DNA of 64,000 bases from Hyphochytrium catenoides. Lineage: Eukaryota; Protista; Hyphochytriomycota. Below are positions 45,001 to 57,263 of the stretch, in pieces. A program made the position numbers and the translations under genes. Each line of letters begins with the position of its first letter. The stretch's first letter is position 1. The notes below the pieces were generated by a model. That model searched no databases, was not told where the DNA came from, and saw nothing but the letters and a program-made list of their open reading frames with translations. The DNA lies in the NCBI GenBank assembly GCA_900088475.1, contig FLMG01002232.1, forward strand, positions 1 through 64,000. Reading direction: 5' to 3'.

Positions 45001-45501
45001 TCGCTATGCCTGTTGATGAAAGAGAGGTTAGTTGCAAGAAGGGGGTCAACTGTCAGAAAAGAATGCTGGGATGCCTGCGCTATCTTGCAATTCTTTTCCT
45101 CCGTTTCCTTCCGGCCTGATGTCTAATTGCCTATAGAGCTCTACGGGTTTATGCTGACTTACTTACCTGCTGTCTCTCGCTCCGAAACCTTGATGCAGCC
45201 TGATGAGGTGTATAATATAGTAGCAACGGACGAGCATTTTGAGGAGGAAGACCTCACACGAGAGTCTCGCAGGAACTTGAGCATCCGTTTCTTAACTCCG
45301 CGATTCCCTGCAGAAGGAGAGGGTAGAGAGCGAGGTCGCAGTGGTTCCCCTACCTCTGCTGGCGCTGGATTTGAGCGCCTGGCCCTCGGCTCTCCAGAAT
45401 CGCCGCAGTCTGCGTCTTCTCCATTGTCTCCTACCTCTACAAGGGAGTCTCCCGTCACACCTCCGGGTGATTCAGATAGGAATATTGGTTATTTTATTTG
45501 A
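42051..45501 (+). CDS. Type I membrane pepsin-family (A1) aspartic protease, multi-exon (in-frame upstream ATGs at 41994 and 42012)
   Basis: Signal MLAVFVLVLTLC; FNVQFDTGSADLW, DGICGLGF, AVVDSGSSY, WVLGGTFLRAY; transmembrane IAIISVSVTCAVLAVITATVYI followed by RRKRR; Ser/Pro-rich tail. Confidence 0.88.
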
Positions 45502-45782
45502 TGAGGAGGCACAGCGCCTCCTCTTCTTTACTTATTTATTGATTGACAGACGCTCTGAGGGTGCAGACGAAATAAAGTTTTGTCCTAGCTACCCTTGCGG
45601 CTGAGTTTAGAACTTCAAGGCTCCACTTAAATTGACATGCTTCCTTTGTCTTTATCTACTGCCAGCTTTATATAAGAATTGCTGTCGAAGTGAAAGGCTT
45701 CCAAGTTCCATTGGGGCAGTCGCATGCCCCGATGAACTGCTTAAGATGTAAATAATGCTCTTGAAACTTTCTCTCTTTACGG

Positions 45783-48700
45783 TCAACGTAAGCTGTCTTC
45801 TGAGGGCAAACGAGCCAAGAAGCGCATTGTCGGCCTCCTGCAAGTGCACAGATAAATCGTCAGAGAAGTGAAATGAGAAGTAGGAAATACCATCATTCAA
45901 GATAGAGCAAAGCAGGAGCAAAGATAGAGTTGACCTGGGTCCCATTTTTGTCTACTTTTTGTTCACTGTTCGGCTTTTACTATTCCCCAGATAGTCACTT
46001 AGGAGGCCTTAGTCTTTAGGAGAGTCGTACCCGTGTGGACAATTCCAGGGCTGGTCGAGTTGGTGCAGATTCCTGACGACCTTGAGCATCTCTTCGTGCT
46101 TGAGGGCCGTCCCGATCATAATTGAAGATCGACAGGCCCTGGAAGCAAACATTGCTTGCGCTTTAGGCAGGCGGACTGTCTTGGCCGGGTTGTCGGCAAG
46201 AAGTGACGCGAGCTCGTGAATGTCTGGTGCAGAGGGAACCGACAATGAGAACGAGAGATTTGAACAAATAACTGATTAGGATTCCAATACGTGCTAGGGG
46301 AAGAAACTCCTATAGGCCGTAGACGAGAGGTTTAGATATCTCCATTCCCAACCTAGGCAAGCAACCAGAGAGATGGCAGGATGGCCAGAGCTTCAGCGCT
46401 AGGAAGAGATATGGCGAAACACGGAATTTGAACGAGTGGATGAATAACAGGTCAAATGGAATATATCCGGGGGACTGATGAAGGCGTCGCGCACTGGTGG
46501 TGCGGGAGCAAGAATAAAAGCTCCTGTGTCTGACCTTCGACACCAAACTGCGTAGACCTGCTGAAGGGCAGTCCCTTCACTTGAATCTTTCTCGTTGGTG
46601 ATGCACTGTAGTCCACCTCCAAGTTGAACCCATTAGACGCGAAGGTCTCTAGGTTGTCCAGGATCACCATCTCTAGCCCCGCATTGATCTCTAGAGGAAT
46701 TGGACTAAGGAAATGGCAGCAACCAGAATTAGAGGTAGTGACGAAGGTAGGCACCCCAGCTAGGTTAACTTAGAAAGCCAAAGGATTATAGATCACTGTG
46801 GAAATAACGTCACGTCACAGGAGGAATCAGAAGGGCCTGACATTGGAGCACCAGCTAGATCATCATTAGGGATGGGACGAACCCTATTGAACGTCAACAG
46901 GGCAGGAAGAAGGGCGAAGGGTTCCAGAGAGTAGCTCATCCTTAATAGTCCCCAGCGACGGAAACGAATCCGCTGGGCATTCTTTCGCTAGTGCGAAGAG
47001 TAGAATGGAAGAGGTTTTGTCGCACTAACCTAACCAGTGGCTGTTGATGTATAGTGGTGCTCTGCATCAGCCGCTCATAGTTGAACTTCTCATCACATGC
47101 GTGCTGATCTAAAATAAATAGGTCCGAGCCTGCCCTCGCTATGATGAATCCAAGGTTAAACTGGCCGATGACCGTCATTTGCAAGAATGACTCCTGCGAA
47201 AGAGGAATCAGGGCAAACCTCAAACAGGCAAGGTTAAGGTGAAGAGGATCATCAAAAAGACAAAAATAGAAGACTCTCATCTCCCTCGAGCTGGAGGAGG
47301 CTGACAGCATATGAGAGTGTGGATAATTCTGTAGAACAAGTAGTGACAGTAATAGGCCCACAGACGTAAGACTAAATTAGCAGGAACAAACATGTCAGAA
47401 GCAACGGCGTCACTCATTAGGTCGTCAATATGCATGGTTCGTCTTGAAAGCTCACTTTGTCAAACACTCTCTCTAAAACGGCAGAAGCTTCCTGCTCCAC
47501 GCCGTCTGCCGTTGCCAACAGCAGCTTCTCATCTTGAGAAGAAAGGTCGTCTCGCTTTAAGGCACTTTTGTCGGCGCTGGTTCCGTTCGCTTCTGCTGGC
47601 GCTTGTTGGGTTGACGAGTGACGTCGAAAACTCTCCAAGATATCTTGCAGATTAACGGGCAAAGTCTGCAGAGCAAACGAGTACAAGGTAACGCATGAGC
47701 TTTGGTACCTGGATCTAAAGACATTAACAAGTTCTAGAGAGTGCTTGAGAGGGCCAAGAAAGGATGCAGGAAGAAACATCCGAGTGGGGTCGGAGTTAAG
47801 GACACTAACCTGATTGCGATTGGAGTTACGACCAAAGGCCGTCGCCTGCCGCTTCAAGGGAGACTCTGACAATCACGGTCAGGGAGGAGCAGACGTCAGA
47901 TACTTACCAGAGACAATCTTCCAGAGGAAAGGCACTAACGACCAGTTGACGTGGGATCGGGATGGCAGGCCACGAAGAAGGGCTTAAGCCAGACGGGGTG
48001 GAGAGTGAGACATGAAGAGCCAGATTGCGCTAAGACCTCACATCCAGATGGGACAATGGGAGGCAACACGGAGGAACTGGCTCAGTTTTACCTCTTCTTG
48101 CACTAGTCTCCTTCTCAAGACCACTGATGGATCTCTTTCCGGTTCCTGCCCCAATGGTAGCGTCAATGCTTTGCTGGGAAATTTTGCTGCGAGCTCCATG
48201 TCCTGTGCCTGAACAACAAAGTTTGGAAGGACTGACAGTAGACGGTGGGCGTAGCACCTCGACTGAGCTCTCTTCTTCCCCTTCCGTTGCTCCCTTGAAA
48301 CAATTCGAAGATGCCATGGATGCCTTACAACAAGCGACGGGGCAATCAGTGCATAGATGGCGACATAGAGGTCTCAGTAGCTTGCACACAATAAATGGGA
48401 TGGTTGGGCGAGTGAGGTTAAATGACGACCCTCACGCGAGTCAGCGAGAAACTGCGAATGAAGACGTCGTAATGCAAGGATGTCGGTATAGTAGGGTTTG
48501 ATGCCAAAGGAACTCGGTCCTTACATCTGATTCTGGTCTTCGGCTAATGATGGGGACCTGCTCGTCATTCTCCTTCAATGCTTCTTCTACTTCTACCGCT
48601 CCTTCCATTTCCATAACCATCGCATGTAATGCTTCTTCGTCTTCCGCTTGCGGCGTCCCATCTGACTCGAGGTCAATGGCCGTTTCGATGATTAAGCCTG

Positions 48701-51700
48701 CCTCCTCCTTGGTCGTTGGGTTCCGGTTTCCCTTATTGAAGCTCATGCCTGAATCTGGATTTATTAGCGAGAGATGGGCCCAGGCAAGGTCGGACTATGA
48801 GTGCGGAGAAAAGTCTTCAGAAAGGAGCATGAAGGTCGACGTCCATCGGCAGTTTTGCGGTACGTAGATGTGATAAAGATCAAAAATCGTCACACTAGAG
48901 TACATTTGGGGCTGCGCTAGGTAAAGAAGCTCTCACCGGTCTCTGCTCGTTTCTCGGGATCTTGAACCCTTCTTGACAAACCGCTAGAAGATCCAGATTC
49001 AGAGGATGGCGCAGAGTTGACTGGCAGGGACGGTTCCTCGAATGGAGAAGAGGTGCTTCGCGTGTCAGCCACGTGTAATTGCGCATCTAGCTCAGTAGAC
49101 AAGCACAACGTAGGTTGGATAATAAAAAGTACTGTTAGCTCGTGTTTGTTAGAGGCGTCCAACAGCCATACCATCTCTTGTTGCCTGTGTGCCCTCTGAC
49201 AGTGTTGGTTGATGGGACCTCTTCGCTGGCAGCAAATTAGAGGAAAGGGCCGGTGGGGCGGAGCGTGATAGGGAGGAGGAAGGGGGCAGCTGCGTGCTAG
49301 AGATTGACGAGAAGGAGGAGGAAGATAGAAGAGTCTGAGTCTTAAAGGTATAGCGTGAGGGCTCCCAAAGAGCATTCAAGCCATTCTTCAAGCCTTCTAT
49401 GATAGCCGCTTCCTGCCGACAACAAGGGAAGGGTCGAGACACCACCAGCATAGTGTCAGAGCGCCTTACTTCTTGAAGCTCAGTTAGATAGCCATCCACA
49501 CTGTGGATCATGCCGGCCCTTCAGTTAACTGCGTTTCTACTGCTACCTCGCTCCATCATCTTTATAGCACTGGGCCCTCGACGACCGATGAGAGCTCCGT
49601 ATATTGAGCCATTTGCTTCCCTTTCCTTGTTATGCCCTTCTCCTTCAAATCATCCATAAACCTATCTACTCCTTTCTTCTTTGAGGGTTTACCTCCGTTA
49701 ACATGGCCTCTCTCTTGTCAGGAGAAATGTTGATATCAAAAGAGCCCGGTGGAAGAGAGAAGTCGAGAATACATGCAGGCTTCTGCTTCATCTCAAACTG
49801 GCGCCAAACCTCATTCAGTGCTCGAGCTACCTGCGGATCAACCGATAGCTTAGTGCTTAAAAGAGCTATTTAGCTGATGTCGGATAAGCTCCGAACCCTT
49901 TTGAACCTTGACCTCGTCCAACAATCACTTCACTTTGTCCCTTGCCGTACATATAAGCAGGCATACCTTGGGTATGTCTACGGGCCTGCCATTGATAAAG
50001 AAGAATTGCCTATCACTGTCGCTGCGGCCGACACCTTCTCCTGCCTTCGAAACATAGCCCTCAACTTTCCCGATCGACGGCCTTTTGTTCTCTGGAAAGG
50101 AGGAAAGTTGATGCGGAGAGCCGTTAAGCGGAGAGATGAGCAAGATTCAGAATAGAGAGTTTACTTACCGTCCTGGGTCTCTGAGTTCTCCTCGTTACTG
50201 TCTCCGTTGTTACTTTTTCTTTCTATACTTTCCTCAGCATCGCTTTCACCACTATCCACCTCCATGGCTCCACTTTTCGGGGAAAACTCTATATCCACCT
50301 TCCTCAATGTCTTATAGAACTTTGAGCCGAACACCGTGACGAGGTTATCAGCTAGGGTCTTAGAGGTCTGCAAGTGAAGATTATAAGAATGTATCCTGAG
50401 TAAGACAGGAAAGGAATGGAGCGTGAACGCAAAGGAGCACGAGATCAATCTGCAACGACAAAGGCAGTCACGCTCCAACCAAAGGGGTTGAGTCCAATGG
50501 ACGACATCATCGTAGAGTTATGTGGATTTGTGCTTTTTGCGTGCCCAACAGCGTAGCAAGTATGTGGCACAGGAGGGGTTTTGGAGTGGAAGGAAGGCGA
50601 TGCCAAGCACTAATGGCATACAGAGGTTCAACTCAAGCTAATGCGGGCGGGCAAACATGCACTCTGAGGGGCAGAAAGGTTGCTTCAGCTAGCAGCCGCG
50701 GACTTCGGCCAAAAGGGGCACATGGACAAAGAAGGACATAGTGACCAATGTACCTGTGTAGCAATAAGCGTTTGGCGAGTCTTCCCATCCGGCGAGTTTG
50801 AACACGAGATCCGCTTATTCACAGAGATGAGACAGAAACCCTAAGAGCGACGAGATTAAGGCGAGATGACAGCGGTGAGCAAACTAGAGCACAGAAGACC
50901 AGAAGAGCAAGGTAAGGAATGCCCTTATGACGCCGTCTGCTAATCTCAATCACCTGCATAGTTCGCATCAACTTCGCCAACTGCTTCTTAATGTTCCTCT
51001 TGAACTCGCCATGGCGCACGGGGAGTGCCTGCAGATAGCAACAAGTGATCATGAGCATTGGCCTGCTCTCTTCTTGTTCTTCACTGAAAGTGCGAATGCT
51101 GACCTCAAAAAGGCCCCGGATGGTGACTGTGGTCCCAACTTGCCGTGCGGAGGTTTTCTAAAGACGAGCCGAACGGGTCAGAGATTGGACGAAGAAGCTC
51201 TAAGCAAGCCTTTGTTCGGTATGCGCTACACTTTGGGACTCACTTTGGATATAAGACTGCCAGCTTTATCAAACTCTAATAGTGAGCCAGTAGACTCGTT
51301 CACAGTCCTAGTGCAGACCATCAACGAAGAAGAAATTTGGCATAGTGCGCTCAACGCTTCTCCTCTAGAAGTAAACCAACGTCAGTGAATCTGCAGTATC
51401 AATCCTTATGATGAGCCAAGCATAGACAAGGATGGAATTTTCAAGGGTGCGAGAGTTAAGGCTGCTGAGTTTAAAGAACCTAAAGCCGAAAGACGAAAGT
51501 GAGTCCAAGTCCTCGAAGTCCCTCAGTTTGGATGTGTGGCTGCGTTTCGCCAGGAGTTCGAAGTTGGAAGGGTCAATCCCGCCGCCTGTAAGAGACAAAG
51601 ATGGATTGAGCCTAATCATCCGACTGGCAACCGACCGTCTACCACCTATTTAACTCTGTCTCTCCCTTCCCATCACTTCTGATGGGCAGGTTGCGCTCCA

Positions 51701-52385
51701 TTCATATACGAAGAGCGGCTCATCTGACTCTTCTTTCTTCTCATTGCTATCAATTATTCGCACTTGCCTTCACCTACAAGCCACCCTGGCAGTTCTCTCT
51801 TCATATGGTTGACTTACCATTATCAACCACTTCGATAGCATCCAACCCGGAGTTTGTCAGTTTCACTTCCACCACGGTGGCTCCGGCATCCTGCATGCCG
51901 TCAACAGGTCAGCGGGAAACAAATGAAAAGGGAAACGTGGAAGAAAGAGTGCAAGTCAATGCTCTAAAGAGAGTGAGGAGGGCTAAAGTGCCGCGATTGG
52001 GAGGATGGAAGCTGTAGTGAGCAGACTAGGAAGCGCCAAGTGTGAGAAGAGTCTAGAGAATGGCCCTCTAAGAAAGCCACGAGTGCATAGCTTTATTGAA
52101 GACTAAGGAGGCAAAGAGGATTGTGACTGGAGAGAGATGGGAACGAGGGGGAGATCCTATTATTTCTACCAGTGAGTTCTCCACCAGTTCCTTTACAGCC
52201 GTGGAGAGGTCAACCACCGCCTGGCCCGAGCAGATACGGATGGCATCCTGCTTAGAGATCGCACTAGGGAGGACAGAAGTATGGAAGGCGGATGACAGAA
52301 GAAGGTCAGCGTGAGACAGAACGGTGATTGGCCTACTGGTACAGAAAGGCCACTGCAAGTACCTGATCTTTCTGGCAGTCATCAT
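45783..52385 (-). CDS. PMS2: MutL-alpha endonuclease subunit PMS2 (yeast PMS1), multi-exon
   Basis: [75 protein letters not shown] endonuclease motif, [15 protein letters not shown]|RPTMR. Confidence 0.96.
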
Positions 52386-52767
52386 GCTGCAGTCCTTTTA
52401 CTTCCGCTCAAAACCTAGGAGGAAGGGTGCTAACTAGCGGAAAGGAGAGGATGAACGCGGAGTCAGCTTTCCGGCATTCTCTGAGTTCTGGCCATCGCAG
52501 GCGTCCAGCTGCTTTCCAAGCGGGGCACCGATTATATGTCTTCCGCCTCAAAGGTGTGACGCTACGAGTGATGTGCTGCTCCTTCCTGACGGTAGGCGAG
52601 GTCTCCTCGGCAACCGGACGTACGGTGCACTTGGTCCATGCTAAACTGATCTTCAACTGTTATGACCTATCTTTCCTGCTTTTTCTCTTTTCTTTACCTC
52701 TGTCTCTCTCTTGGTTTCCTTTCTCTCTTTTCAGTTTCTGCTCTCTTCAGTTTCTGCTCTCTCTCTA

Positions 52768-52769
<2 letters not shown>

Positions 52770-52798
<29 letters not shown>

Positions 52799-52815
52799 CC
52801 TCTCTCTCTCTCTCT
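52770..52815. repeat. (CT)n microsatellite between divergent PMS2 and acyltransferase genes
   Basis: Visible CT run. Confidence 0.9.
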
Positions 52816-53213
52816 TCCTTGCTTTCTGTTTCTCACAGTGCTCCTTCGCTCCTGTCGCCGCTGCTTGTCTCCTCTGCTCTTCCTCTCTCCGTCACATCAT
52901 CAGCTTTTCCCGCCAAACTTCCTCTCCAAAACTGCTGCTAACGGCTACCTGGCGGTCACTAGTTTCGGTTGGGGATGCTTCTTACCGAAGATTACTCTCA
53001 GTGGGAGATGGCGTGTCATCTGAAGCCTGAGATGAGCTTCCAGATGAGCTCCCAGATGAAGAAGAGCTTTTTGGAGCTCTTGCTGTCCGGTTTACTTTGC
53101 TCGCTGGGTTGGCTTGTGAAGCTGCTGGTGGCCATAGGTCTGTGACAGACCTTGCTGGCGCTATAGAGTGGGATTGTAAGCTCTACCTAGCTAGGTGACA
53201 GGTCTAGTGCAGT

Positions 53214-56200
53214 ATGGTAGGTGCTAGATGTCTGCTGTCAACGATCGCCATCTTGATGTGTTCCCTTAGCTCTCAGTCTCGGCGCCTTCTCTTCTTCAGT
53301 AATGCATCCTTTGATACATCTTTTCTATATCAGGAAAAGTTCAACCGTTGGTCTGATAAGGAGACGGGCTTGAATCCCTTCGTGCCGTATAACCACACCC
53401 TTCGTGGTGCTCTACCTGCCAAAGTGCTGAGGGTGACATGGGGAAGTCTTCTCTTCACTGTTCGACTGATCCTTGTGTCAGTGGTTGTCCTGTTGCTAGC
53501 CCTTCTCGAAGGCCTTTCGTGGCTGCTGGTGAGCTCTCTGGCCTTTCTGATTGAGAGTTATTCTCATCCCACTTCTGGCGTGTTCCTCTTACTCTAACTT
53601 GCAACTACCGCGGTTGCACTCTCAGCAGCAGTTCAGCTATTGCTTCTCTGTCAGTAAGAGACAGACAACTCTTTGTATGCAATGTTGGCTCAGCTTGTCG
53701 AGCGGTTTCTTCTCCCGTCTTTGCTTGCCGAGTCTTCTTGCATCACTCTCACGGTTATTGACTCCCGCCAGATTGTTCCACAACTTCAAAGAGTCATTCA
53801 GCGACCCAGTGAGGCTTTGCTTGCTAGGCTGGTGCTAGTACTGCTGGGAGTTTTTGTCACGGAGGAGGAGGCAAACGTTAGGAAGCTCGGTCTCAGGTGT
53901 GCTTGCGTCGTTACCACTCAATGAATAGACACCGAGAGGGAGAAAAAGAGAAAATGAGCGCGAGAGGAGCATCCTTCTCATCTCAAACGGTCAAGCGCCT
54001 TCCAATAAGCCTGCCATGAAACTGCCAACATACAGAGAGTGCATTGGGAAACTAAGCGATATGAAGGAAAGAGCTTTTACCGTTTACAAAGACCTAAATC
54101 TCTTGCTTTGGACAGGCTTCAGATGCCCAAAGGCTCGAGAGCAGAAAAGGTGAAGAGCGGAGACATCATCATAGCCAATCACTCTTCATTTGTGGAGATT
54201 CTTTATCTTGCAGCGCGCTTTTCGCCTGTTTTCACTCTGATAGCTAATGAAGGTCCCTACAAGGTAGGTCTTTTGGCGTCAGAAGCCCACTTACATCGTT
54301 CCCACTGTTATATACTTTCTTCTACGCTCGGCTGCGCGTTCGTAGTGAGGCTTGGAAGAGTCTATCACCGATGACATAATGTACACCTTTTCTCTGCAGC
54401 ATATGTTCACATGATCCTTTCTTTGGCTGGTTAGCTATAGTCTAATGCGAACAGAGCAGGCCACATTCCTTACCATCCTCGCCCTCTTTGTAATCCCGTC
54501 GGTAGGGCACTGTCAGGCCGTGCGGGCTTTTTAGCGCCTTGCAGCAATCAATGGCCAAGCCACAAGTTCTCGCTTTCAAGGTTTACAACCTGAACACTCT
54601 CTTTCTCATCCATCGTCTTTCTTCTCGAGCTGCTTACTAGGTAGAATGTGCGACTGACTGCCTGCCACCCGGGCCTGCTGTTTATTACCACGTGTGGCCA
54701 GAACAATTGCGCGGCTGCTATTGCGCGGCTGCCTAGTCTGCTACTTTCAACCTTATCGTAGAATGTGCGGCTGACTGCCTGCCACCCGGGCCTGCTGTTT
54801 ATTACCACGTGTGGCCAGAACAATTGCGCGGCTGCTATTGCGTGGCTGCCTAGTCTGCTACTTTCAACCTTATCCTGTTGCTGTGTCGCTTCCCCTTGTC
54901 ATCTTTATGCGTCTTCCTTGGACCTGCCTCGCAGTCTTGCTATCTAAGCTCTGTACCACCATTGTGACCAATCTACCTTGTCAGGGCATACCGCTAAGTG
55001 AAGTCGTAAGGCGTGCCTATGGTCCAGTGGTAGTCTTGCCTGAGGTAGGTAGACCAGGAACGTATTAAGAAGGTAGTAGGGTTGTCTTTTGTTGGTGATA
55101 TGTGGGTTGAAAGGGTTAAATGCTTGTCTCGTCAAACAGTCCACAGGGTAGAAGCGACGTAGTCCCTAAAGGTAGTATTGAACCGAGAAAGAGGAGACCG
55201 GCTGTCACCCCGGCTAATAGGAGACATACGTCTTTTCTGTCTGTCCCTTTAGGGTGCCCGGACAAACTGCCGCGGGGTGCTAGAGTTTCTTCCAGTCTTC
55301 GAAGGTCAAGACAGCAATGATGCGGCGTTCAGACGAGCCCATCTCATGGCGTTCCGGTGAGATCAGCAAGACGCTCCTCTTATAGCTCTTATCATCCGTT
55401 CTGCCCTCCATGCCATCATAACTGCACTTTATTCCTTTCTGCGTCGTCTTTTTACCCCGGCCTGGTTTCTCGATGGACTAGCGGTCTCGACGCTACTTCT
55501 AAAACATGCTCCACTTTGGGTAGGTACGACTATAAGAACTTCAGCCCGGCCATGCCCGTAGGCAACTGGTACGCTCACCTCTTCTGGATCGCATCTCAGG
55601 TATATGCACTGAGCTATCGTCTTGGGTCCTTGCTGGCAGCGTGGCATCTATCCTTAAGTCGCTTAAGAGTCGGAAAGTGATTTTATCCAAAAACTCTCCT
55701 TATTTATCACGTTTCGTCGTAGTTTTCCAACCGCCTGAGGGCCACTATGACCTACGCTCGGGACCTTCCACCATTTCCTCAAGGAGCTTCCGATAAAAAC
55801 TCCAAGGACGAGCTTGGGAACTTGCTCCCGGAGACGCCAAGGTATAGCCGCATTAACTGTCACCTGTCCCCTCGTTCGCTCCCTCTTTCAGAGTGTCTTT
55901 CCTTTCTATTGTTTGTCCGTCTGTTCTCACTTTTTCCTTTGACTCTGGTCATTAGCCACTACATCGCCGCTATCCGCATGAGACTCTCTAATGTCGTTCT
56001 CCAATTACTTGCATACAATTGTTCCCTTTAACAGCCTCTGGGTAGCTCGAATACGCTCGATCCTGGCTGCAATGCTTCGTACGAAGACTGTCAAGCTTAG
56101 AGCTGAGGACCATAGGACTTTCTCAGCGTACTGGGACCACCTAGCACAAGGAGGCAGGAAAAGTGCCGCTGAATTCACATCTCGTGCAGCACCTCACGAG

Positions 56201-56224
56201 CATGCCAAGGCAAGATTAAAATAG
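53214..56224 (+). CDS. PlsC-family lysophospholipid acyltransferase (LOA1/VPS66-like), multi-exon
   Basis: M|EKFNRWSDKETGLNPFVP N-terminus typical of Loa1/Vps66, hydrophobic membrane segment, IIIANHSSFVEILYL, VVVLPE|GARTNCRGVLEF. Confidence 0.82.
54641..54874. repeat. 117-bp tandem duplication (2 copies, 2 mismatches), intronic
   Basis: gtagaatgtgcg...caaccttatc at 54641-54757 and 54758-54874. Confidence 0.95.
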
Positions 56225-57263
56225 TAATCTCAATATTATAGAGTTCTTTCCGCTGTCATTATCCAGCACATCTACTCGTACAGCCCTCAAACTCGAGAAG
56301 CCTCGAAGCTTCCACAAGCCACCTCAGCATCCTTCGCCAATAATATGGATTGATGGACATATTCTCACTAAAGCATAAACGCACCCATGTCAGCAGTGCA
56401 ACTTAGACCAGTGAGCTTCTTCCTCCAGCCTGATACAGAGCACTTGCATCTCAGATGCAGATGATCCTGCCTCTAAAGGACTGGAGTTTGCAAGCAATGC
56501 GTCTGCTTTCATTCTTCGTCTCCAACAGAGCTGCAGACCCACGAATCATCAGAACTCAGAAGCCTATATGTCCCGGAGGAGCTCTGGGGATATTCATTTT
56601 CAGCACCTATTTTAGACGATGTGGAGATCAGGGCAAGAGAGGATGTAAACAGGTATATGATGTCAGTCAATGAGCTAAGTCACGAATACAGAATAACCGA
56701 ACTTGAAGACATATTTGTTATTGGGGGTTGTTCGTCCCAAGCCTCTGTCTCACTCTCTGCTTCTCACTCACACTATCACCAAGCTCTGTCTCAAAGACAT
56801 AGACTTGCAAGTACAGTCAAATACAAATCTCTATAAAAGCGCATAAATCTTCCTCTTTATCTCTCTGTCACTTTCCCTTCTGTATCCATCGCTCTGGCAC
56901 AATGCCAAAGCATCATCTTCATGAAGCTCTTGGAAGCTCGCACTCAGCACTGACTCAGCCTCATTGAGCCTGTGCTCTATCCGTGGTCAAGCGTAGCTTC
57001 TGACTGGATAAAGGAAGAGGAGCAGGTTAATAGATCGCGAGGAGCAAGGCACTGTTGCCTGGCTAGATAGAGTAGATTCTCTAGGATCTGACTTGCATCG
57101 CAATGCTCTCAACCGCTGGGTAGATCAGCAATACGCGACACTGGATTGCTGGCGTCCTTTTCTCCTCCATTGCTCTATGGGCATCATATAGCCAGCCGCA
57201 GAGAGACAGATAGTAGATAAGCGCAAGACGCAAGAGGTGCGACAGGACCGGGCCGACAGCAGG

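Noticed and set aside
52427-53030. 198-aa hydrophobic ORF and overlapping frames
   Set aside because: Produced by CT-rich low-complexity intergenic sequence between divergent genes.
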